Source: Nitrospirae bacterium CG2_30_53_67 (GTDB lineage: Bacteria > CG2-30-53-67). From it: DNA of 43,673 nucleotides. A program made the translations under genes and the position numbers. The stretch is taken from NCBI GenBank assembly GCA_001873285.1, contig MNYV01000120.1, positions 1 through 43,673 on the forward strand. The letters are read 5' to 3'. The notes under the pieces are model-generated. The model made no database searches, had not been told where the DNA came from, and saw only the letters and a list, made by a program, of their open reading frames with translations. This document shows, one piece after another, positions 27,458-35,658 of the stretch (its first letter is position 1; every line of letters starts with the position of its first letter).

Positions 27458-29659
27458 ATGTCAAAGCTGATTGCCTCGGCGGCCATACGCGCCTCTCATG
27501 AGATTCTTGAGAAAGTGGACAGCCTGTTGACGGAGGTTACGGCCGAGAAGGGCGAGGATTTCCAGTTTGAATTCATGGACACGGGATATTTTCTGCCCCA
27601 GATCTATGCCATGACCGGTTTTGCCGTCAAAACGCTCAAGGATATGCGCACGGCCCTTGAGGCCTATGCCCGCCCCCTTCTGAAACCGGTTCCCGAAGAA
27701 AAGGTCTATAAGCCTTATCTGGGTGAGGCCCTGGATGCAGGGATGGCCACCCTCTTTGCCCAGGAGATCCTGATGGCCCTGCGGTATATCAAGGGTCTGG
27801 AGCCGGTCACGGATCCGGAGATGAATCTGACCTACAATGGATTCATTACCGATTCGATCCTCCGGGACCTGGGTTTCCAGTTGGTGGACGGGTCCATGCC
27901 GGGCTACGTAGTCATCCTCGGCGCGGCCGAGAGCGACGAGCGGGCCGAGCAGATCGTGCGGGATCTCCAGCAGAAAAACATCCTGATCTTCCTGGCCGGC
28001 CATGTCAAGGGGAACAGTGTGACCAAGCAGCTTCACCGGAGAGGCGTGGAAATGGGCTGGCCGACCCGGATTGTCCCCCTGGGTCCGGATACCGAGCATA
28101 CGATCTATGCCTTGGACTGGGCGGCGCGGGCCGGGCTCACCTTCGGCGGGCTCAAGGCCGGGGATTATGCGCTCAATCTGAAATATTCCCTGAACCGGGT
28201 CTTTGCCTTTGCCATGGTCCTGGGGGATCTGGACGATATGAAATGGGCGACCGGCGCCGGGGCCATCAATCAGGGATTCCCTGCGGTTTGCGACACCGAT
28301 GTCCCGGAGATCCGGCCGAGAGGCGTGTGCACCTACGAGCACGTGGTCCGCGAACTGGATCAGGACAAGATCGTCCAGACCGCGATCGAGACCCGGGGCC
28401 TCAAGATCATCGTGGAAAAGCCGCCCATCCCCGTGGCGTATGGTCCGGCCTTCGAAGGAGAGCGGATCCGCAAGGAGGATACCTTCCTGGAGTTCGGGGG
28501 GAACCAGTCTCCTTCCTTCGAGCTGGTGAGGATGCTGAATCTGGATGAGGTTGAGGACGGCAAGGTTGAGCTCATCGGCACCGAAAACGTGGAGAAGTAC
28601 GAAGCCGGCGGGGTCGTTCCCCTCGGGGTGGTGATTGAAGTGGCCGGCCGGAAGATGCAGAAGGATTTCGAGCCGGTCCTCGAGAGGAAGACCCATGACT
28701 TCGTCAACATGGCCCAGGGGGTCTGGCACATGGGACAGCGGGACATCTGCTGGTCCAGGATCAGCAAAAGCGCCTTCAGCGAGGGTTTTCGGATTCACCA
28801 CTTCGGAGAGATTCACGTGGCCATGATGAAGTCCAAGTTTCCGGCCATCGTGGACAAGGTTCAGGTCAAGATCTACACGGACGAGAAAGACGTGGTTCGG
28901 CTCAGGGACGAGGCGCGGAAGGTCTACCATGAACGCGATATCCGTGTCGCCAACATGACCGACGAGTCCGTAGATACCTATTATTCCTGCCTCCTCTGCC
29001 AGTCCTTCGCGCCCAACCACGTCTGCGTGGTTTCACCCGAGAGACTCGGCCTCTGCGGCGCAGTCAACTGGATGGACGCCAAAGCCGCCTTCGAGATCAA
29101 CCCCACAGGCGGGAACCAGCCCGTGAAGAAGGGAGAGACCCTCGATGCGGTCAAGGGCCGTTGGACGGGTGTGGAAGAATACGTGAAGAAGGAGTCCCAC
29201 GGCGCGCTCGATGGGTTCTCGGCCTATTCCCTGATGGATGCGCCCATGACCTCCTGCGGATGCTTTGAGGCCATTGTGTCCGTGGTCCCTGAGGCCAACG
29301 GAATCATGATCGTGGACAGGGGATATCCGGGCATGACGCCGATCGGGATGAAGTTCTCCACCCTGGCGGGCACCGTGGGCGGAGGGACCCAGACGCCGGG
29401 TTTTACGGGAATCGGAAAGTATTTCATCACGAGCAGAAAGTTTTTAACGGCGGATGGAGGATTCAAGCGGATCGTCTGGCTCACGACGAGTATCAAAAAT
29501 CAGTTGGGCGAGGCGCTGAAGAAGCGGGCCGAGGAGATCGGGGAACCGGATCTCCTAAACAAGATCGCCGACGAGACCGTGGCGGTCGACGCCGAGCAGC
29601 TGGTCGCTTTTCTGACCGAGAAGGGGCATCCGGCCCTGACCATGGAGTCTATGTTCTGA
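27458..29659 (+). CDS. acsB: Acetyl-CoA synthase (bacterial type)
   Basis: A-cluster ligands SCLLCQSFAPNHVC, GLCGA, PMTSCGCFE; N-terminal domain present (733 aa). Confidence 0.97.
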   Translation: MSKLIASAAIRASHEILEKVDSLLTEVTAEKGEDFQFEFMDTGYFLPQIYAMTGFAVKTLKDMRTALEAYARPLLKPVPEEKVYKPYLGEALDAGMATLFAQEILMALRYIKGLEPVTDPEMNLTYNGFITDSILRDLGFQLVDGSMPGYVVILGAAESDERAEQIVRDLQQKNILIFLAGHVKGNSVTKQLHRRGVEMGWPTRIVPLGPDTEHTIYALDWAARAGLTFGGLKAGDYALNLKYSLNRVFAFAMVLGDLDDMKWATGAGAINQGFPAVCDTDVPEIRPRGVCTYEHVVRELDQDKIVQTAIETRGLKIIVEKPPIPVAYGPAFEGERIRKEDTFLEFGGNQSPSFELVRMLNLDEVEDGKVELIGTENVEKYEAGGVVPLGVVIEVAGRKMQKDFEPVLERKTHDFVNMAQGVWHMGQRDICWSRISKSAFSEGFRIHHFGEIHVAMMKSKFPAIVDKVQVKIYTDEKDVVRLRDEARKVYHERDIRVANMTDESVDTYYSCLLCQSFAPNHVCVVSPERLGLCGAVNWMDAKAAFEINPTGGNQPVKKGETLDAVKGRWTGVEEYVKKESHGALDGFSAYSLMDAPMTSCGCFEAIVSVVPEANGIMIVDRGYPGMTPIGMKFSTLAGTVGGGTQTPGFTGIGKYFITSRKFLTADGGFKRIVWLTTSIKNQLGEALKKRAEEIGEPDLLNKIADETVAVDAEQLVAFLTEKGHPALTMESMF

Positions 29660-29770
29660 TCACAGGCCTCCGGAGGATAATCCCTCGGTTCCTTTTTCGG
29701 GTATACGGAGCCGGCGAATATCAAAAGGAAAATTTCAACCTGCAGAGGGGGAAGTAAAGGAGCAGCCCTG

Positions 29771-31765
29771 ATGAGCAAAGAAATCAGTACGCAAGATCTG
29801 ATCAACATGACCATTGACGAGACGGCCAAGGATCTCCTGAAGGTGGCGGAAAGAGAGGGGATCTCCACCGCCTTCAAGCGAGCGATTGAGGTCAAGCCCT
29901 GCCCCATCGGCAGGGATGGGATGTGCTGCAAGCACTGCTTCATGGGCCCCTGCCGGATCACGCCCAAAACGCCGAACGGCGTTTGCGGGGCCGATGTGGA
30001 TACGATCGCAGCCCGGAACTTCGGACGGATGGTCGCCGCGGGCGCGGCAGCCCATGCCGACCACGGGAGAGACATGGCCTTCATCCTCCTCGCCGCTTCC
30101 CGGGGAGAGACCGAGGGAATCAAGATCAAGGACGTAAAAAAGCTCCATGCCGTGGCCGGGCATCTGAAGATCGATATCCAGGGAAAGACCACGGAGAAGA
30201 TCGGTGAGGAAGCGGCGCTGAAGTTCCTCGAAGACTTCGGGCGCCAGAAGGGGGATATCAACTATATCCGGAGGGCGCCGAAGAAAAGGCAGGAACTCTG
30301 GAAGCAGAAGAATCTCCTCCCGAGGGGGCTCGACCGTGAGATTGTGGAGATGATGCACCGGACCCACATGGGCGTGGACCAGGACCCCAAGAGCCTGCTC
30401 CACCATACGCTTAGGACCTCTCTGACCGACGGCTGGGGCGGGGCCATGATAGCCACGGACGTGTCCGACATCCTGTACGGGACACCCACGCCGGTTAAGG
30501 CCAAGATGAGCGTCGGCCTCCTCAAGGAGGACGAGGTGAACATCATCGTGCACGGCCATGAGCCGTCTTTGTCCGAGATGATGGTCGTGGCATCGCAGGA
30601 GCCGGAGATGCTCACATACGCCAAGAGCAAAGGGGCCAACGGGATCAACCTGGCAGGCATCTGCTGCACCGCGAACGAGGTGCTCATGCGCCAGGGGATC
30701 GGCTCCGCCGGGAACTTCCTGAACCAGGAGCTCACGATCCTCACCGGCGCCGTGGAGGCCATGGTCGTGGATGTGCAGTGCATCATGGAATCCCTGGCAG
30801 ACGTGGCTAAGCATTATCACACCAAGCTGATCACGAGTTCACCCAAGGCCCATATTCCCGGGGCCATTCATATCGAATTCGACGAGGAGCATGCCATGAC
30901 CGTGGCCCGCAAGGTCCTGAGGACGGCCATTGATAATTTCCCCAACCGCAAGAAGGGCGCCATCACCCTTCCGGACTACGTGAGCGAGGCCATCGGCGGT
31001 TTCTCTCATGAGTATATCAAATATATGCAGGGCGGGACCTACCGGGGTTCGTTCAGACCTTTAAATGACGCCATCATGGACGGACGGATCCAGGGCGTGG
31101 TCGGGATCGTGGGATGCAACAACCCGCGCAACGTTCATGACTCCGAAATCGTGGAGCTGGCCAAGGAGTTCATCAGCCGGGATATCCTGGTGGTGACCAC
31201 GGGGTGCGGCGGGATCGCCTGCGGGAAGCAGGGGATGCTCGCTCCCGAGACCATGGCGGCCGCCGGCCCGGGTCTCAGAGAGGTCTGTGAGGCCATCGGG
31301 ATCTCTCCGGTCCTCCATGTGGGATCCTGCGTGGACAACACCCGGATTCTCACCATCGCGACCGACATGGTCAAGGAAGGCGGCCTGGGAGACGATATCA
31401 GCGATCTTCCCGCGGTCGGTCTCTGTCCGGAATGGATGTCGGAGAAGGCCCTGGCCATCGGCTGTTACTTCGTAGCCTCCGGGGTCTATACGATCTTCGG
31501 CGTAGGCTCTCCGGTCTCGGGGAGCGAAAACGTCACCCGGATGATGAGCGAAGGCTGGGAGCAGGAGGTCGGCGGCAGGCTCGAATTTATCCCCGATCGG
31601 CAGAAGGTCATCGAGAAGACCATTGAGCACATCACCAGGAAGAGAAAGGCCCTCGGGATCACCGAATATGCGAAAGGGAAGTTCGGGGCGCAGAAGGTCC
31701 TGATGGATATGACAGACCGCCGGAAACTCGAAGACGAACAGAAGAAAGCGATGGCAGGCAAATGA
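29771..31765 (+). CDS. cooS: Anaerobic Ni-CO dehydrogenase catalytic subunit (CooS/AcsA)
   Basis: CPIG..G.CCKHCFMGPC, HGHEP, GICCTANE, VDVQC, GCNN, TGCG, GSCVD, WMSEKA. Confidence 0.97.
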   Translation: MSKEISTQDLINMTIDETAKDLLKVAEREGISTAFKRAIEVKPCPIGRDGMCCKHCFMGPCRITPKTPNGVCGADVDTIAARNFGRMVAAGAAAHADHGRDMAFILLAASRGETEGIKIKDVKKLHAVAGHLKIDIQGKTTEKIGEEAALKFLEDFGRQKGDINYIRRAPKKRQELWKQKNLLPRGLDREIVEMMHRTHMGVDQDPKSLLHHTLRTSLTDGWGGAMIATDVSDILYGTPTPVKAKMSVGLLKEDEVNIIVHGHEPSLSEMMVVASQEPEMLTYAKSKGANGINLAGICCTANEVLMRQGIGSAGNFLNQELTILTGAVEAMVVDVQCIMESLADVAKHYHTKLITSSPKAHIPGAIHIEFDEEHAMTVARKVLRTAIDNFPNRKKGAITLPDYVSEAIGGFSHEYIKYMQGGTYRGSFRPLNDAIMDGRIQGVVGIVGCNNPRNVHDSEIVELAKEFISRDILVVTTGCGGIACGKQGMLAPETMAAAGPGLREVCEAIGISPVLHVGSCVDNTRILTIATDMVKEGGLGDDISDLPAVGLCPEWMSEKALAIGCYFVASGVYTIFGVGSPVSGSENVTRMMSEGWEQEVGGRLEFIPDRQKVIEKTIEHITRKRKALGITEYAKGKFGAQKVLMDMTDRRKLEDEQKKAMAGK

Positions 31766-32313
31766 AGAAGAAGAGTCAACCTTCCTCTGTAAAAAAGGGT
31801 GAGGAAGAAAAGAAACGGGCAAGAAAAATGCCGAAGGACAAGACGGTCGTGGATGAAGGGATTGATCTGACTCCTGTGGACGAAATCGTCGCGCGTTTTC
31901 ATGGGGTAAAAGGCGCTCTGATCCCTGTGCTCCAGGAGGTTCAAGGTCATTACGGCTACATCCCCGAGGAGGCGGTCAAATTGATCGCAGAGGGGCTGCG
32001 CCTCTTTGCAAGCAGTATTTATGGGGTGATGACCTTTTACACCCAGTTTCACCTCAAGCCCCGCGGCAAGAACATTATCCGGGTCTGCTGCGGCACGGCC
32101 TGCCACGTCAGGGGCGGAGAGAGGGTGAGAAGCAAGTTCCAGGAGATCCTCAAGGTTTCCATGGGAGAAACCACCGATGACCGTCTCTTCACCCTGGAGC
32201 AGGTGGCCTGTATCGGCGCCTGTTCCCTGGCGCCGTCCATGATGGTCAACGATGAGGTGCACGGCCACGTCACCCCCGATGAGGCAGTGAAGATCCTGGA
32301 TCAGTATAAATAA
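31762..32313 (+). CDS. NuoE/HydC-like [2Fe-2S] subunit
   Basis: VMTFYTQF, CCGTACHVRG, CIGACSLAP. Start is 31762 (ATGA overlap with cooS) or 31828. Confidence 0.9.
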   Translation: MKKKSQPSSVKKGEEEKKRARKMPKDKTVVDEGIDLTPVDEIVARFHGVKGALIPVLQEVQGHYGYIPEEAVKLIAEGLRLFASSIYGVMTFYTQFHLKPRGKNIIRVCCGTACHVRGGERVRSKFQEILKVSMGETTDDRLFTLEQVACIGACSLAPSMMVNDEVHGHVTPDEAVKILDQYK

Positions 32314-32371
32314 CCGTTCAAGCCGTTCAAATGGTTTAAACGGCTTGAATCATTTGAATCGATTGAACCGG
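32314..32371. repeat. 9-bp-period GTTCAA/TTGAA tandem-inverted repeat
   Basis: CCGTTCAAG CCGTTCAAA TGGTTTAAA CGGCTTGAA TCATTTGAA TCGATTGAA CCGG. Confidence 0.75.
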
Positions 32372-32393
32372 ACAGCTATTTAAGGTAATACCC

Positions 32394-35300
32394 ATGGCCA
32401 CACAGAAGAAGAAAAGCGCCTCCAAAACCAAGCCGGAGAAGACCTCGGCGCCCAAGGGCAAGAGTGCGGGGAGGGAAGGCGTATCCAAGACCCGGACGTC
32501 GAACCGGAAGACCCGCATCCTGGTGGGGATGGGGACATGCGGCCGGGCGGCTGGGGCGCTGAAGGTCTATGATCTCCTGTCGGATCTGATCAAACGGAAC
32601 AAGGTGGATGCCGAGGTGACACAGACGGGCTGCATCGGGATGTGTTCTCAGGAAGTTCTGATAGACGTGCAGCTCCAGGGCAGGACGCGTGTTCTCTACG
32701 GGAACCTCAGCCCGGTCAAGGATGGGTATCGTCAGGTCATAGAGAAGATTGTGGAAGATCATCTCATGAACGGCCGGGTCTGCAAAGAGCACGCCTTCGC
32801 TCAGATCAAGCCGGTCAACGGGGAGCAGCCTTATGATGGGATCCCCTTTTATGAGGATCTATCGTTTAATTCCGCTCAGGAACGGATCGTCCTTAGAAAT
32901 TGCGGATCCATGGACCCGGAGAGCATTGATGAGTATATCACTCGAGACGGATACCGGGCATTGACCCGCGTCCTGAAAGAGATGACTCCCGAAGGGGTGG
33001 TGGATGAGGTCAAACGTTCCGGGCTTCGGGGCAGAGGCGGCGCCGGATTTCCCACGGGCTTGAAATGGGGTTTCGCCGCTATGGCCAAAGGCGACGTGAA
33101 GTACATGATCTGTAATGCCGATGAGGGAGACCCCGGCGCCTTCATGGACCGATCGGTCCTGGAGGGGGATCCCCATTCCGTACTGGAAGGGATGGTGATC
33201 GGCGGATACGCGATGGGCGCCCATACCGGGTATATTTACGTCCGCGCCGAATATCCCCTGGCCGTGAAACGCCTGAAGATCGCCATTGCCCAGGCCGAGG
33301 AGCGGGGCTTCCTCGGCAGGAATATCCTGGGGTCCGGATTTGACTTTGAGATCCATATCAAGCAGGGGGCCGGCGCCTTTGTCTGCGGTGAGGAGACGGC
33401 CCTGATCGCCTCCATCGAAGGGAAGAGGGGGATGCCCCGGCCCAAGCCGCCCTTTCCTGCCAACCAGGGTCTCTGGGGGAAACCTACCAATATCAACAAT
33501 GTGGAGACCCTGGCCAACATCGCCCCCATTATCCTCCGCGGCGGAGAGTGGTATGCGGGATTCGGCGCCGAGAAGAGCAAGGGGACCAAGGTCTTCGCCC
33601 TGGCCGGCAAGATCAATAAGCCGGGCCTGATCGAGGTCCCTATGGGGACGTCTCTACGCAGCATCATCTACGATATCGGCGGCGGATGCCCCCAGGGGAA
33701 AAAATTCAAGGCCGTGCAGACCGGCGGGCCTTCGGGCGGGTGTATCCCCGCCTCCCTGATTGATACGTCGGTCGATTACGAATCTCTGGTCAAGCTGGGA
33801 ACCATTATGGGATCCGGCGGCATGGTGATCATGGATGAGGGGACCTGCATGGTGGAGATGGCGCGGTATTTCCTGCACTTCACCCAGGATGAATCCTGCG
33901 GCAAGTGCGTCCCCTGCCGCATCGGGACCAAGAGGATGCTGGAGATCCTGGAGAGGATCGTCAACGGCAAGGGGGAGGCGGGCGACGTGGATCTCCTGAA
34001 GGACCTGGGAGAAGATATCAAGGCGGCTTCCCTCTGCGGTCTCGGCCGGACTGCGCCCAACCCCGTTCTCAGCACCATCCGGTATTTTCAGGATGAGTAT
34101 GAAGCTCACATCAAGTATAAACGATGTCCTTCATTCGTCTGCAAGGAAATCATATCTTCCGCCTGCCAGCATACCTGCCCGATCGGCACAGAGGCATCGG
34201 TCTATACGGCCTTAATCGCCCATGGACGTTTTGAGGAGGCCGTTCAGATCATCAGGAAAGACAATCCGTTGGCGAGCGTCTGTGCGAGGGTTTGCCATCA
34301 TCCTTGTGAACTCACGTGCAAGGCGGGTGAAGGAGGAGGAAAACCCATCGCCATCAGGGCCTTGAAACGCTTTGCCATGGACTATGCCCGCAAAAAAAAG
34401 ATAAAAGCCCAAATTCCAAGGAAGGAATTAAAGAATCAGAAGGCTGCCGTGATCGGCTCCGGGCCGGCCGGGTTGACGGCGGGTTACTTCCTTGCCCTGA
34501 AAGGCTATGACGTCACGATTTTTGAGGCCAAGACTGTTGTGGGCGGCATGCTCAGAATTGCCATACCTGAATACCGCTTGCCCAAAGAAGTTTTTGGCCT
34601 CGATCTTGCTTTCATGGAAGATGCGGGGGTAAAATTCAAAACGGGCGCCGCATTGGGAAAAGATATTTCTATTGACAGCCTCTTTGAGGAAGGCTATAAG
34701 GCGATATTTATTGCGATCGGTTCCCACCAGTCGATGAAACTGGGTATTCCCGGCGAAGAGACCCAGGGCATGATTCCTTCCCTGAGGTTTCTTGAAGCAG
34801 CCAATACCGGCCGGAAGATCGAGATCGGGAAGAGGGTCGTGGTTCTCGGCGGCGGCAACTCCGCTGTGGATTCGGCCAGGACTGCACACCGCATCAAAGG
34901 GACAGAGAAGATCGCCCTCCTTTACAGAAGGACAAGGTCGGAGATGCCTGCCTATACCGAGGAGATAGAGGCGGCCCTGGAAGAAGGCGTTGAAATGCAA
35001 TTTCTGACCGCACCGGTCAAGGCGCTCAGTCGGAACGGAAAGGTATGCGGTTTGGAATGCGTCCGCATGAAATTGGGGGAGCTTGATAAAAGCGGAAGGG
35101 CAAGGCCTGTTCCTATTGAAGGTTCTGAGTTCGTGGTTGATGCGGACACCGTGATCGTGGCGATCGGTGAACAACCCGACACGTCCTCCATTCATGAAAG
35201 GGACGGGCTTGAGGTCTCTCAAAGGAACACGCTCGTGGCGGATCCGGAGACCCTGGCGACGTCACGGGAAGGTGTTTTTGCCGGCGGAGACGTGGTGACA

Positions 35301-35621
35301 GGTTCCAATACCGTCATCCATGCCATGCAGGCCGGCAGGAAGGCGGCTGAATCCATGGATCAATATCTCAAAGGTGAGAGTCTGGAAAAAAGATATGATG
35401 TGACCAGGCCCTCTCGATATATCGAACCGGTCTCGCTTACCGTTGAGGAAATCATGGAAGCAGACCGTCCTCCGATGCCCCTGCTCCCGGTTGAGAAGAG
35501 GAAGAACAATTTCAGAGAAGTGGAGCTTGGGTTTGCCGAAGAAACGGCGGTTAAAGAGGCCAAGCGATGTCTCAGGTGCGAATTGAGCACGCTGGACGGG
35601 CAAAAGCCGTTCAGGAAATAG
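32394..35621 (+). CDS. NuoF/HydB-like FMN-NADH subunit fused to a GltD/NfnB-like FAD oxidoreductase
   Basis: N-terminal thioredoxin-like [2Fe-2S] (GTCG, GCIGMC), SGLRGRGGAGFPTG, CNADEGDPGAFMDR, GGPSGG, ESCGKCVPCR. Then CQHTCP, CARVCHHPCE, GSGPAG, GGGNSAVDSAR, YRRT, FAGGD, RCLRC. Confidence 0.9.
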   Translation: MATQKKKSASKTKPEKTSAPKGKSAGREGVSKTRTSNRKTRILVGMGTCGRAAGALKVYDLLSDLIKRNKVDAEVTQTGCIGMCSQEVLIDVQLQGRTRVLYGNLSPVKDGYRQVIEKIVEDHLMNGRVCKEHAFAQIKPVNGEQPYDGIPFYEDLSFNSAQERIVLRNCGSMDPESIDEYITRDGYRALTRVLKEMTPEGVVDEVKRSGLRGRGGAGFPTGLKWGFAAMAKGDVKYMICNADEGDPGAFMDRSVLEGDPHSVLEGMVIGGYAMGAHTGYIYVRAEYPLAVKRLKIAIAQAEERGFLGRNILGSGFDFEIHIKQGAGAFVCGEETALIASIEGKRGMPRPKPPFPANQGLWGKPTNINNVETLANIAPIILRGGEWYAGFGAEKSKGTKVFALAGKINKPGLIEVPMGTSLRSIIYDIGGGCPQGKKFKAVQTGGPSGGCIPASLIDTSVDYESLVKLGTIMGSGGMVIMDEGTCMVEMARYFLHFTQDESCGKCVPCRIGTKRMLEILERIVNGKGEAGDVDLLKDLGEDIKAASLCGLGRTAPNPVLSTIRYFQDEYEAHIKYKRCPSFVCKEIISSACQHTCPIGTEASVYTALIAHGRFEEAVQIIRKDNPLASVCARVCHHPCELTCKAGEGGGKPIAIRALKRFAMDYARKKKIKAQIPRKELKNQKAAVIGSGPAGLTAGYFLALKGYDVTIFEAKTVVGGMLRIAIPEYRLPKEVFGLDLAFMEDAGVKFKTGAALGKDISIDSLFEEGYKAIFIAIGSHQSMKLGIPGEETQGMIPSLRFLEAANTGRKIEIGKRVVVLGGGNSAVDSARTAHRIKGTEKIALLYRRTRSEMPAYTEEIEAALEEGVEMQFLTAPVKALSRNGKVCGLECVRMKLGELDKSGRARPVPIEGSEFVVDADTVIVAIGEQPDTSSIHERDGLEVSQRNTLVADPETLATSREGVFAGGDVVTGSNTVIHAMQAGRKAAESMDQYLKGESLEKRYDVTRPSRYIEPVSLTVEEIMEADRPPMPLLPVEKRKNNFREVELGFAEETAVKEAKRCLRCELSTLDGQKPFRK

Positions 35622-35658
35622 CCGTGAGGAAAAGAAACCATTCATAAGAAGGTTTGAG

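Noticed and set aside
27461..29020. 519-aa antisense ORF and similar shadows (609-1775, 29735-30820, 39179-40198, 41095-42108)
   Set aside because: All overlap well-supported genes on the opposite strand and lack family motifs.
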